From an uncultured bacterium (lineage in GTDB: Bacteria; Krumholzibacteriota; Krumholzibacteriia; Krumholzibacteriales; WJIX01): a DNA stretch of 64,000 bases. Below are positions 17,268 to 26,631 of this stretch, in pieces. Made by a program: the position numbers and the translations under genes. The notes below the pieces were generated by a model. It was not told the DNA's origin, did no database searches, and saw only the letters and a program-made list of their open reading frames with translations. The stretch lies in contig CAZAUK010000016.1 of NCBI GenBank assembly GCA_964488475.1, forward strand, positions 73 through 64,072, read 5' to 3'. The first letter of the stretch is position 1; each line of letters starts with the position of its first letter.

Positions 17268-18863
17268 TCAGTTGCCTTTAATCTTAACCAGTTCAGCGGG
17301 GGAAGGCAGATTGAGCGTCGGGGGTACGGGGGGAGCTCCCTCGGCGGTAGTTCCGAAGGCTCCCAGAGCGGGCGGATCGCTCCAGGTTCTGTTGTTATAA
17401 TCGAGCCCGTCGATGTATCTTTCATTGAAGTAGTCGTATATCTCGTTATTGAGAGCCGTTCCGCGGTCGGCGGCGGGACTGGTCTCGGTGAGCTGGAAAT
17501 GCAGGGGAAGGGACGGATTGGAGCTGACAAACTGGGGATCTCCAGTCAAGTCATTGTCATGCTGGGGGCACCCGTAATGATTAGCCAGAAGATCCCAGTC
17601 GGGTTCGGAGTCGGCGGGCTCCTGCATATTATGCCAGATGTTGTGCGAAAAGAGAAAGGTCTCGGGAAGAGTGGTGCTTGACTGAACCATGATAACCCAG
17701 TTTTCGTATCCCCAGGTGCCGTTGTAATATGAGATATTATTTACCACTTCCCCGTCACGGGGCCATACCAGATCGTATCCGCCTACCGAGGTCTGGAATG
17801 AATACATGTTAAACATGAAGGCAAGGCCGGTTGGCTCATCCGGATTGCTGTAGGCTACCGGACAGTAAAAGGTACAGTTGTATACTCCGCCTCCCCGCGA
17901 ACTGGCGAACTTTACGGGATTCTGTATGTTGACGAATACCGAGCGGTAGACCTTTATGTTCTTGGCCTCATAATCCATGGTCTCGCCGTCGCCGTCAAGC
18001 TCGTAGAGTGGAGGCCTGAAGAAAGCGCTTCCGGTGGCCTGGCCGATATTGACTCCGTTGTAACCGCAGGCCCTGAAGTAGCACCTGTCGATGGTTATCT
18101 TGCTGGAGCCTCCTTTGGCGACAAGCCCAGATCCACGCTCCCAGGCGAGATCAGCGTCAATGAACTTACAGTTTTGAATAGTACCGTAATGGCAGCCGAC
18201 CATGTCGAGCATGGGATCCTGAATATCGGTGAACACGCAGTCCTTGACCAGAAAGGTGTCCACGCCGGCCATCTTTAAGCCGTGATAGGGGATTCCCGAC
18301 CTGGAGAATTCACAACCTTCAATTATTATGTGATGAGCGGGGGTGCCCCTGGAGTCATGTGCATCGTCGGGGTGACCTCCATCGTCTATATTGACGCATT
18401 GCTGGCTGCTGTTGGTAAATACTATATCCTTGAGTTTTATAAAGGCGATATCGTCTTCCGGGTTATTGTTCGATGGTTCCGAATAGTCGGCAGTAAGCAA
18501 AAGGCAGACATTAGCCGATTTGTTGGCGTCGATTACCGGTTTGCTGGAAGCGTTAGGATCTCCCATAATTACCAGGTAATCATCCGGTCCGCCCCCGCGG
18601 ACCCTGAAATTGAAACCAACCACCCCCTGGCTGGGGTAGGTTCCCTCCATGACTATGACCGTGTCTCCGGTTCCTGGAGTAAGCACGTACTGGGCTATAT
18701 GCCTCAAGCTCTGATAGGGGTTGTCCGCGCTTCCGTTCCCGGAGGAATCGCTTCCGTCCGGCGCCATGTAGATCCTCGCCGCTGAGGGGCCTGCCAGCAC
18801 TATCAGCAGAGAAACAGAAATAATCGCGTGAATGTATAATATCTTTTTGGGGTTTAGGTCCAT
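17268..18863 (-). CDS. Secreted right-handed beta-helix (pectin lyase-like) protein
   Basis: Signal peptide; IYMAPDGSDSSGNGSADNPYQSL; GDTVIVMEGTY; repeated xIxxCxF parallel beta-helix rungs. Confidence 0.8.
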   Translation of the reverse strand: MDLNPKKILYIHAIISVSLLIVLAGPSAARIYMAPDGSDSSGNGSADNPYQSLRHIAQYVLTPGTGDTVIVMEGTYPSQGVVGFNFRVRGGGPDDYLVIMGDPNASSKPVIDANKSANVCLLLTADYSEPSNNNPEDDIAFIKLKDIVFTNSSQQCVNIDDGGHPDDAHDSRGTPAHHIIIEGCEFSRSGIPYHGLKMAGVDTFLVKDCVFTDIQDPMLDMVGCHYGTIQNCKFIDADLAWERGSGLVAKGGSSKITIDRCYFRACGYNGVNIGQATGSAFFRPPLYELDGDGETMDYEAKNIKVYRSVFVNIQNPVKFASSRGGGVYNCTFYCPVAYSNPDEPTGLAFMFNMYSFQTSVGGYDLVWPRDGEVVNNISYYNGTWGYENWVIMVQSSTTLPETFLFSHNIWHNMQEPADSEPDWDLLANHYGCPQHDNDLTGDPQFVSSNPSLPLHFQLTETSPAADRGTALNNEIYDYFNERYIDGLDYNNRTWSDPPALGAFGTTAEGAPPVPPTLNLPSPAELVKIKGN

Positions 18864-18911
18864 ACACTTCCTTCGGCATCGGTTATGGCATGACTGACCG
18901 GGTATAAATCT

Positions 18912-18927
18912 CGCAACTCTTGTGCCA
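18912..18927 (-). promoter_or_regulatory. Sigma-54 promoter TGGCACAAGAGTTGCG
   Basis: Consensus TGGCAC-N5-TTGC, about 50 nt upstream of ATG 18863. Confidence 0.75.
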
Positions 18928-18956
18928 TAACCGCCAAACCTTCGGCAACTTTTGAA

Positions 18957-18970
18957 TTTAGCCGGCTAAA
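18957..18970. repeat. Perfect palindrome TTTAGCCGGCTAAA upstream of the sigma-54 promoter
   Basis: 14-bp self-complementary sequence 30 nt upstream of the -24 box; possible regulator site. Confidence 0.3.
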
Positions 18971-19259
18971 ATAGAATAGAAACATCAAAACAAAAAGTCA
19001 ATAAATAGTTATAATCATAAATATCTCTTGCCTATGGCAGAGAATATTCGGCTGATGCCGCTACAATTCCATTCTTGGCAACACCTTAAGCCGGTAAATC
19101 TTTATCCGCCATACTACCGGTGGGCCTTCATCTCTTCAGGCCGTAAGATTTAGTCCATATCGTGTTGCAGTTATAAATATATAGTCTTGAAGCTGGATTT
19201 AAAAGTAATTATCCATGACTGAATCCCCCTATTTTGATATTCGATTGCATTATGGAGAT

Positions 19260-20351
19260 TCAAGGCGCCGATAAGTGCCTTTCGTACATATCCTGGTGTC
19301 TTTCGATCATTTTTTCCACCGAGAACTTGGCCCGGAAGGTTTCCCGAGCTTTCTCCCTTATATTTTCCATTCCGAAGCTCTGCAGGTTTTCTATGACGTG
19401 CGACATTTTGTTAATCAGGCCGTTTTGGTCCTCCGACCTGAAGACGAATCCGTTGATCCCATCCTCAATTATCTCCGTGTTTCCTCCCACGTTAGTTACC
19501 ACGCAGGGGAGGCCGGCGCTTATCGCTTCCAGCAGGGACATGGACAGACCTTCATAGACCGAGGCGAGGACGAAAATATCGAACCTCCGTAGAAATGAGG
19601 AAACATCAAGCTGATAGCCGTGAATCCTGACCTTGTCAGACAGGGACATACTTTCCACCAGTTCTTCAAGTTCTCTTTCGATCTTTCCGCCACCGACGAT
19701 CTCAAGGCGGCATTTGGGGTATCTCTTCTGAATCTCGTTAAACGCCTTTATCAGAAGCGGATAGTTCTTTACTCTGTTCAGCCTTCCCACGCTTCCGATT
19801 ACTATCTCTTCTCCGGTCCGGCTCCCCCTGACCGAGAAATCGGAAGGATCTATGCCGTTGTAGATAACAGACAATTTCTTATCGGCTATGCCTATCTCGC
19901 CCTTCATCCTCTCCTTCAGCTCCTTTGAAACGCAGACGTATTCGGAGACAGACCTGCTGAACCACTTGCCGATCAAGCCCACCGATCTTCTTTCCTGAAC
20001 GATTCCTCCATAGCCGTGCTTGGTGTGAATTATCGGAATGCCGGCCAGCTTCGCGCAGGGAAGGCCGTAAAGCAGAGCGGCCAGTTCATGAGAATGGACC
20101 AGGTCTATCGATTTTTCTCTGATCAGACTGAAAATATACCTGAAACCACCGGGGCTTATCCTGCCCTTATTTCCCATAACTAACAGTCTATTCCGGCTGT
20201 CCAGGCCCTTTGCAAGTTCGCCGGCCGTGGAGACGCAACAGATATAAGGCTCGAATCTTTCCCTGTCCAGGTTGTTGTTCAGCAGGACTATGACTCTCTC
20301 CAGCCCGCCGATCTCAAGCGATTTTGCAATGTAGAGTATTCTCTTTCTCAC
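19260..20351 (-). CDS. GT4-family glycosyltransferase
   Basis: GGLERV, VGRLNRVKNY, EGLSMSLLEA, TNVGGNTE; GTG start. Confidence 0.9.
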   Translation of the reverse strand: MRKRILYIAKSLEIGGLERVIVLLNNNLDRERFEPYICCVSTAGELAKGLDSRNRLLVMGNKGRISPGGFRYIFSLIREKSIDLVHSHELAALLYGLPCAKLAGIPIIHTKHGYGGIVQERRSVGLIGKWFSRSVSEYVCVSKELKERMKGEIGIADKKLSVIYNGIDPSDFSVRGSRTGEEIVIGSVGRLNRVKNYPLLIKAFNEIQKRYPKCRLEIVGGGKIERELEELVESMSLSDKVRIHGYQLDVSSFLRRFDIFVLASVYEGLSMSLLEAISAGLPCVVTNVGGNTEIIEDGINGFVFRSEDQNGLINKMSHVIENLQSFGMENIREKARETFRAKFSVEKMIERHQDMYERHLSAP

Positions 20352-20368
20352 CTCAGTCTACTCCGGTT

Positions 20369-21472
20369 TCAATTCCTGGATAAGCACTCCAGGTATAATT
20401 CCTGGTACCTCTTGACGGCTTCTCGCGCGTCGTGGTGTTTTCTAACCCTCTCCCTGGCCGCGGAGGAGATTTTCTTATAAAGGGACCGATCGCCGGTGAG
20501 GCGGTCGATCCGCTCCGCAATCTCCCGGGGGCTTTTCACCGGCACCAGCATTCCCGTCTTTCCATCCTCGATCAGTGGTTGAAGCCCTGGTATCTTGGAA
20601 CCTATAACGGGCTTGCCCATAGCCATGGCCTCCAAAACCGTTCTGGGCATTCCTTCTGTCACAGAGGGGAGGACCAGGATCGAAGATTCCGCCAGAAGAT
20701 CGAGAGCGTCTTTCCTGAAACCAAGGAATCGGACCCGGTCGCAAACTCCCATCTCTTCAGCCAGTTTTTCCAGGCTGGGTCTTAAAGGGCCGTCGCCTAT
20801 TATTCTGAGGGTGACACTCTGGTTTTCAACCATCGAGAAGGCAGCAATCAAGTCTTCCACTCTTTTAAGCGGGATAAGCCTTCCTATGAAGGCGACGGCT
20901 TTGGAATCGTACCGGCTGCCGTCCGGAAGCGATTCCGTGTCGATAAAGTTGTTGATGAGTATCTTGTTTTCTTTTTTCACCAGCTTGAGGCTGGAGGAAA
21001 GTGAAGGTGAAAGGGGTACCACTCTGTCAAAGTAACGCAGGACGACCTGGTCTATCCACTGGTAGAGGCGTAATTTCAAATCCCCGGACCTGTTCCAGCC
21101 GTGGGGGGTGCTTACCGAACGGATTCCGGACCTTCTGCCGGAGATAACCGCTGTTAAATCAGCTTTATAGTCGTGAGAGTGAATTATTTCGACCTTCTCT
21201 CTCTCAAGAATCGATATTACCCGGTCGACTGATCTAAGGCTGAATTTTTCAGCCGACATGACATTATACACCGGTATTTTCAAATTGTCCAGTTCAGCGG
21301 CCAGAGCGTTGTCTTGGATCCTGGTCAATGTTACCACGCACGGACGGAACCTGTCCCGGTCCAGGAACTTCAAGAAAGCCAGCAGCCATTTTTCCTTTCC
21401 GTATAAGCGCATCGGTGAGATTATATGGCAGATTCCGGTCCTTTTCACACTTCTCCTCCCGGCGAGGATCAA
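20369..21472 (-). CDS. GT4-family glycosyltransferase
   Basis: HSHDYKA, IGRLIPLKR, EGMPRTVLEAMAMGKPV. Confidence 0.9.
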   Translation of the reverse strand: MILAGRRSVKRTGICHIISPMRLYGKEKWLLAFLKFLDRDRFRPCVVTLTRIQDNALAAELDNLKIPVYNVMSAEKFSLRSVDRVISILEREKVEIIHSHDYKADLTAVISGRRSGIRSVSTPHGWNRSGDLKLRLYQWIDQVVLRYFDRVVPLSPSLSSSLKLVKKENKILINNFIDTESLPDGSRYDSKAVAFIGRLIPLKRVEDLIAAFSMVENQSVTLRIIGDGPLRPSLEKLAEEMGVCDRVRFLGFRKDALDLLAESSILVLPSVTEGMPRTVLEAMAMGKPVIGSKIPGLQPLIEDGKTGMLVPVKSPREIAERIDRLTGDRSLYKKISSAARERVRKHHDAREAVKRYQELYLECLSRN

Positions 21473-21522
21473 CGCCTTGAGCGCCCGATCAGAAAACAGC
21501 TTAGACCTCAGGCTATTGCATG

Positions 21523-21551
21523 TTGACAGAAAAATCCAATATTTTTATACT
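21523..21551 (+). promoter_or_regulatory. Sigma-70 promoter TTGACA-N17-TATACT
   Basis: Near-consensus -35/-10 with a 17-nt spacer, 58 nt before ATG 21609. Confidence 0.7.
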
Positions 21552-21608
21552 TTGTTTTTGCGCAACTGAGGAAGTTGTATCGCCAGTTATGAATAAAGGG
21601 GTTTTTTA

Positions 21609-22328
21609 ATGGGGATTAATACTTTTATTAAGAAAATCAGAAGGGGAGATACTGGTTTTTATAATTTTTTGCATGTAACCATTAAAAAGATAAGAAAATT
21701 CGGGATTCCTTATGTTTTCATATTACATGATTTTCTGTACTATGAGAGAAGATTGAGAATAAATATATGGCGAACTTTTTGGAGGGTATTCTATTACCAA
21801 CCGATTTTCAGAGGGAGGTGTCACTCATGCGGAAGGAATTTTCACATATTTAATTCGGGACAGGGTATTCCTGTTATAGTCGGTCATCTAAAAATTGATA
21901 TTGGTGACAATGTAAAAATTTATGACCGAAGTACACTTGCAGGCTTGACTGTAGGCGAGGATCCCAATTTTATAATTGGTGATAATAGCAGTTTGAACCG
22001 ATCAACTTCTATTCTTGTAGGGAATGAGGTGGAAATTGGAAAGAATTGTATGATTAATTGTAACCTTATAACTGATAATGCTGGTCACAATGTAGAAATT
22101 GCTGCTAGAAGTATGAAATTAGATGTAGATAGAATAGGTAGAATAAAAATAGGGGATAACGTTTGGGCGGCTTTTGATTCAATAATTATTGGGGACGTTG
22201 AGATTGGTGACGGTTCGATAATAGCCGCCAGGTCGGTGGTGACTAAGTCTGTGCCCCCCATGTCAGTCGTGGCCGGAAATCCCGCCAAGGTCATCAAGCG
22301 GTTGGACGAGGGGGATGGAACTGGCTAG
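21609..22328 (+). CDS. Hexapeptide-repeat (LbH) O-acyltransferase; AT-rich 5' part
   Basis: IGDNVKI, IGDNSS, IGKNCMI, IGDGSIIAARSVVTK and VAGNPAKVIK repeats. Confidence 0.88.
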   Translation: MGINTFIKKIRRGDTGFYNFLHVTIKKIRKFGIPYVFILHDFLYYERRLRINIWRTFWRVFYYQPIFRGRCHSCGRNFHIFNSGQGIPVIVGHLKIDIGDNVKIYDRSTLAGLTVGEDPNFIIGDNSSLNRSTSILVGNEVEIGKNCMINCNLITDNAGHNVEIAARSMKLDVDRIGRIKIGDNVWAAFDSIIIGDVEIGDGSIIAARSVVTKSVPPMSVVAGNPAKVIKRLDEGDGTG

Positions 22329-22401
22329 GCGGCCCTGGATTTATAAGATCTTTCAGAGATAGATCGGCTAACCCGGCTTACTCCGCTCCAATTATGAGAA
22401 A

Positions 22402-23349
22402 ATGGAAAATACCATGAACTTCTTCAGCAGAAAAGTCCTTTGCCCCGTGCGCCGGATCTTTCCGGTTGTCATTGGCCTGGTGTTTGTTTTTTCGCTCGCA
22501 TGTTCAGAAGAATCCGGAAGGGCGGATGACTCTTTCAGTTTTGTTTTCATGACCGATATTCACCTTCAGCGCCAGCTCGAAGCGGACCGTGGTTTCAGAA
22601 TGGCGATAGACTCCGTGAACGAGCTGAGTCCGGATTTTGTGATCACGGGAGGTGATATGGTAATGGACGCTCTGGGAGTTTCACACGAACGGGCGGCCGG
22701 CCTGTATGATCTGTATGAGGATATGTGCCAAGAATTCGAGATGCCGGTTTATAATACCATCGGAAATCACGAAGTCTTCGGACTCTATTCAGAGAGCGGT
22801 GTTGATTCCAGCCATCCCCAGTACGGCAAGGAGATGTTCAGGCAGAGGATAGGAGGGGGAAGGACGTACTACTCTTTCGATCACAAGGGGTGGCATTTTA
22901 TGATAATAGACGCCGTCGGATTTACTCCTGAGAGGCGGTATATCGGCCGGGTCGACTCAGCCCAGATCGAATGGATAAAAAGAGACCTTCAGCGGGTTGG
23001 TCTCAACACTCCTATCATCATATCCACGCATATTCCATTTGTCTCGGCATGTGGGCAGGCCAGGGGCGGAGGAACGGCGGCTTTACGGCCGGGTGAGGCG
23101 GTTGACAATTCCCACAAAGTAATAAACCTGTTCAAAGATCACGATCTTCGGCTTGTGCTTCAGGGGCACCTGCACCTGGTGGAAGAGATCATTTTCAAGG
23201 AAATACATTATATAACCGGCGGGGCGGTCAGCGGAAGGTGGTGGCGGGGTTCAAGAGACGGATTTGACGAAGGGTTCGTGGTTATCGATATAGAAGGGGA
23301 CTCGATCACCTGGAAATACGTAACTTACGGGTGGAAGGCGGTCGAATAG
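22402..23349 (+). CDS. Calcineurin-like metallophosphoesterase, probable lipoprotein
   Basis: TDIH, GGD, GNHE and GHLH motifs; SLAC lipobox. Confidence 0.88.
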   Translation: MENTMNFFSRKVLCPVRRIFPVVIGLVFVFSLACSEESGRADDSFSFVFMTDIHLQRQLEADRGFRMAIDSVNELSPDFVITGGDMVMDALGVSHERAAGLYDLYEDMCQEFEMPVYNTIGNHEVFGLYSESGVDSSHPQYGKEMFRQRIGGGRTYYSFDHKGWHFMIIDAVGFTPERRYIGRVDSAQIEWIKRDLQRVGLNTPIIISTHIPFVSACGQARGGGTAALRPGEAVDNSHKVINLFKDHDLRLVLQGHLHLVEEIIFKEIHYITGGAVSGRWWRGSRDGFDEGFVVIDIEGDSITWKYVTYGWKAVE

Positions 23350-23584
23350 TTCCTTAAGGATCTTAAGCGGTGAGATGCCGCAGGACCGATTTGCCGGCGC
23401 CGCAACAGGCAGAGTTCGGCGGCCGGGGCGTTTAAGCTCAGAATCCGGTTGACCTTTAAAGGTGATTATAATAGCCTGAGTATAGTTCGGCAAGATCCGG
23501 GGAAAGTAATTCTATATGAACGAGCCTGAATCGCGAGCTGATTGGTAATTGGCGAGGCAAATCTATACCCGAAAAGCAGTTAAC

Positions 23585-23600
23585 TGGCCCGAAAAATGCT
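23585..23600 (+). promoter_or_regulatory. Candidate sigma-54 promoter TGGCCCGAAAAATGCT
   Basis: GG/GC spacing exact; 25 nt before ATG 23625, with GGGAG RBS in between. Confidence 0.55.
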
Positions 23601-23624
23601 AGATATCTTGGTTGGGAGCAAGCT

Positions 23625-24737
23625 ATGCCAAGAATAATCGTGTTCGGTGAAGATTGGGGAGCCCACCCGAGCAGTACGCAGTATCTGATAAGCAACCTGC
23701 GGAGCGAGTATGATATTATCTGGGTCAACTCTATCGGCCTTAGAAGACCCAGGCTGTCAAGCGGCGATCTGAGACGGATATTCGGAAAAGGGAGCAGAAT
23801 AGTAAAGCGGTTCACTTCACCCAATAACGGGTCCCAAGCTCCATTTCCGGTCATAGACGCGGCCGCTATTCCCTGGCCGGGCAATCCGATCGTCAGAAAG
23901 ATAAACAGCTCGCTGATCAAGAAAAGCCTGCAGCTTTACCTGGATGGCCGGGAAAAGCTTTACCTCTGGTGTTCCCTTCCATCGGCTGTCGATGCGGTGG
24001 GAAAGCTGGACGAGAGCGCGGTCATCTACTATTGCGGAGACGATTTTTCCTCTCTGGCCGGAGTAGATCACGCCGCTGTGAGCGAGATGGAAAAGGAGCT
24101 GGCCGGAAAGGCGGACCTCATAATAGTGGCCAGTGAGGTGCTCGCCAGGAAGTTTCCCCAGGAAAAGACCCGCATCGTTCACCACGGAGTTGATTACGAA
24201 CTGTTCTCCAGTGTTCAGAAGCGTCCTGAAGATCTGCCGAACGGGAAGCCGATAGCGGGCTTCTACGGGTCGATAGCGGAATGGATAGACCAGGAACTCA
24301 TATGCGAGTGCGCGTCCCGGCTTCCTGGCTGGAATTTTGTGATTATCGGTCCGGCGAGGGTCGATTTTACCAGCCTTACCAGGCATCAGAACATACATCT
24401 TCTTGGCCCCAGACCTCATGACCGGCTTCCGGGATACGTTCAGCACTGGAATGTCGCTCTTCTCCCCTTCAAGCCGTCTGAACAGATTCAGGCCTGCAAC
24501 CCGCTTAAGCTGAGAGAGTACATGGCTTCAGGCACCCCGGTGGTCTCAACCTATTTCCCCTCCCTTGAGAGGTATCGCGGGCTGATCACAGTGGCCGGTT
24601 CGCGGGCTGAGTTCATTCAGGCCATAGAGGGAAGCCGGAAGATCGAAGGTAAAAACGCCGCCGGCCAGCGCAAAGTAGCTTCCGAGACCTGGTTCAGCCG
24701 GGCCAAAGAGGTTGATAGACTCCTGAGATCCTTATGA
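23625..24737 (+). CDS. GT-B glycosyltransferase (TuaH-like GT4-related)
   Basis: GEDWGAHPSSTQ, YYCGDDF, GVDYELF, GFYGSIAEW, NPLKLREYMASG. Confidence 0.85.
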   Translation: MPRIIVFGEDWGAHPSSTQYLISNLRSEYDIIWVNSIGLRRPRLSSGDLRRIFGKGSRIVKRFTSPNNGSQAPFPVIDAAAIPWPGNPIVRKINSSLIKKSLQLYLDGREKLYLWCSLPSAVDAVGKLDESAVIYYCGDDFSSLAGVDHAAVSEMEKELAGKADLIIVASEVLARKFPQEKTRIVHHGVDYELFSSVQKRPEDLPNGKPIAGFYGSIAEWIDQELICECASRLPGWNFVIIGPARVDFTSLTRHQNIHLLGPRPHDRLPGYVQHWNVALLPFKPSEQIQACNPLKLREYMASGTPVVSTYFPSLERYRGLITVAGSRAEFIQAIEGSRKIEGKNAAGQRKVASETWFSRAKEVDRLLRSL

Positions 24738-24822
24738 TTCTCAAAACCGTTCAAAGGCGCATAGTTGCCGGCAGAGGAGCTTTGCCGTCTACCTTGATGC
24801 CGCCGGAGAGCGGATGGATTCA

Positions 24823-25935
24823 TTATTCAAATGAATAGCCGTCCCCGCTGAAGTGGGAGAGTTGCCAGTCCTCCAGGCCGCTGTTTTCGGTATTCAGGTT
24901 CCAGGAGTCGGGGAAGGTGAAGGTAAATGACATACCCTTTCCTATATTTATCATACCCATTCTGCCTGCAGCCGAGCTGAGGCCGGGGTGTGAGGAGACG
25001 ATATCAAGCACCTCCGCGTCGCTTTTCATGAAAGAATCAAATACCTCTCTAACGAGCAGCTTAGGTGAGAGAGGATTCTGGCTGAAGAAACCATAGTCCA
25101 TCAGGCTCATCATCCTGAATCCTGAGTAGCCGCCCAAGGGCTGGGTGAGTACCCTGTTTTTCAGTATGAAATAGGCGGCGGGGCGGTTTTCCTTCTTGTC
25201 TTCCATTATGAAAAATTGACTGTTTCCCGCCCTGCTGAGTTTGAAGGCGAGCTTGGCCCCGCTGTCATTAAAGCGGAATCTCGAGCCATGATGGATATTC
25301 AGACCCTCCATGGTCGATTCCACTTCAGCCTTATCGATCCTGTGCCGGCTAAGATCCTTATTTCTCCCCGGCCCCAGGCTGGAAAGTATTGACACCAATG
25401 CTCTGGGAAAGGGTCTGAAAAGCGTATCGGCAAACTTTATCACCCCGCTGCAGTCTATGTACTTTCTCAGGAGAGGAGCACATGATCTGAGAAAAACAAA
25501 CCGATCGGCGTAACCCATGAATGAATATCCCAGTTTCCGGTAGATATGAACCGATACCGGCGTGGAAAAGACCATGCCGGATCCGATACCTTTTCCGTGA
25601 AGCACTCTCACCATGTTATCTATGAGTTTCGTTCCCAGTCCCTTGCCCCGGTATTCGGGGACCGTGAAGAATCCGCCCCCCCACGACCAGGGGTGTTTTC
25701 CCCGGTCGGTTATGAGAACGTCAGGTATCGCGAACCGGTTGCAGACCACCCTGTCCTCATGAGCGATATAGAAGAAGAAGGGAAATTCTTCATAGATGTC
25801 GGGATTTCCCCTGAAAGGCTCGAATTCAGTAAAGTCGCCGTCTTCAGTGACAAAGGAACGGTAAACCGCCGGATGGGTTTCAGCTGCCTTATCGATCTCG
25901 CCGAATGTTACAAAACCGAATTTGAAATCTTCCAT
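24823..25935 (-). CDS. GNAT-family N-acetyltransferase-like protein
   Basis: Acyl-CoA binding motif FTVPEYRGKGLGTKL; YRKLGY. Confidence 0.75.
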   Translation of the reverse strand: MEDFKFGFVTFGEIDKAAETHPAVYRSFVTEDGDFTEFEPFRGNPDIYEEFPFFFYIAHEDRVVCNRFAIPDVLITDRGKHPWSWGGGFFTVPEYRGKGLGTKLIDNMVRVLHGKGIGSGMVFSTPVSVHIYRKLGYSFMGYADRFVFLRSCAPLLRKYIDCSGVIKFADTLFRPFPRALVSILSSLGPGRNKDLSRHRIDKAEVESTMEGLNIHHGSRFRFNDSGAKLAFKLSRAGNSQFFIMEDKKENRPAAYFILKNRVLTQPLGGYSGFRMMSLMDYGFFSQNPLSPKLLVREVFDSFMKSDAEVLDIVSSHPGLSSAAGRMGMINIGKGMSFTFTFPDSWNLNTENSGLEDWQLSHFSGDGYSFE

Positions 25936-25953
25936 ATTTGATTCCCCGTACGT

Positions 25954-26592
25954 TCAGAGGTGATTTATTGCGTTAAAAAGATCGTAACCCTTATTCTTCA
26001 GGGGAGGAAGCACTATCTCGAGAACTTCCGGGATCTTGGGATTGTTATCATGGAGAAGGACGATGTCGCCGCCCTTTATGCGCTCGAGAAGCTTCCCGGC
26101 GATCTCTGCCGGCTCACTATCCCTGTTGAGGGTCCATTCGTGGCCTTCAGCGGACCAGAGCACGGTGGTAAGACCGCTGGAAAATGCCGCGGAAATAGAC
26201 GCGGGTCCGACCCAGCCCATCGGCGGGCGGTAGTACCTGGGCTTGTACCCGGTAATTTCCGTGATGATTTTTTGGCACATGCCGATATCTTCCCTGTGCC
26301 GTTTGAAGTTCCTGCGCTTCTCCTTAGAGTGATAAAAAGAATGGTTGCCGATGATATGGCCGTCTTCTGTTATCTTTTCGAGAAGGCGCGGATTTTTCCG
26401 TGCGAACCGGCCGACAATGAAAAATATCGCCCTGATCCGGTTAGCTTTTAAGATTTCCAGGATTCGGGGGGTGAATCTTTCGCTGGGCCCGTCGTCGAAG
26501 GTCAAGAGGAGTGAGGTCGAACCATTCGCTTCAAGCCTGCTGGCGAGGAGGCGGTTTGGCATGGCCGCTTTTATCGATTCCTTGAAGTTCAA
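25954..26592 (-). CDS. Polysaccharide deacetylase (NodB/CE4)
   Basis: LTFDDGP, GNHSFYH, YRPPMG, IVLLHD motifs. Confidence 0.9.
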   Translation of the reverse strand: MNFKESIKAAMPNRLLASRLEANGSTSLLLTFDDGPSERFTPRILEILKANRIRAIFFIVGRFARKNPRLLEKITEDGHIIGNHSFYHSKEKRRNFKRHREDIGMCQKIITEITGYKPRYYRPPMGWVGPASISAAFSSGLTTVLWSAEGHEWTLNRDSEPAEIAGKLLERIKGGDIVLLHDNNPKIPEVLEIVLPPLKNKGYDLFNAINHL

Positions 26593-26631
26593 GTCTATGA
26601 CCTCAGAGCAACCGGCCGGATATTAAAGGGA

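Noticed and set aside
15790-20351. PEP-CTERM/exosortase system
   Set aside because: Several genes resemble families found in such loci, but no exosortase or PEP-CTERM tail is present in the window.
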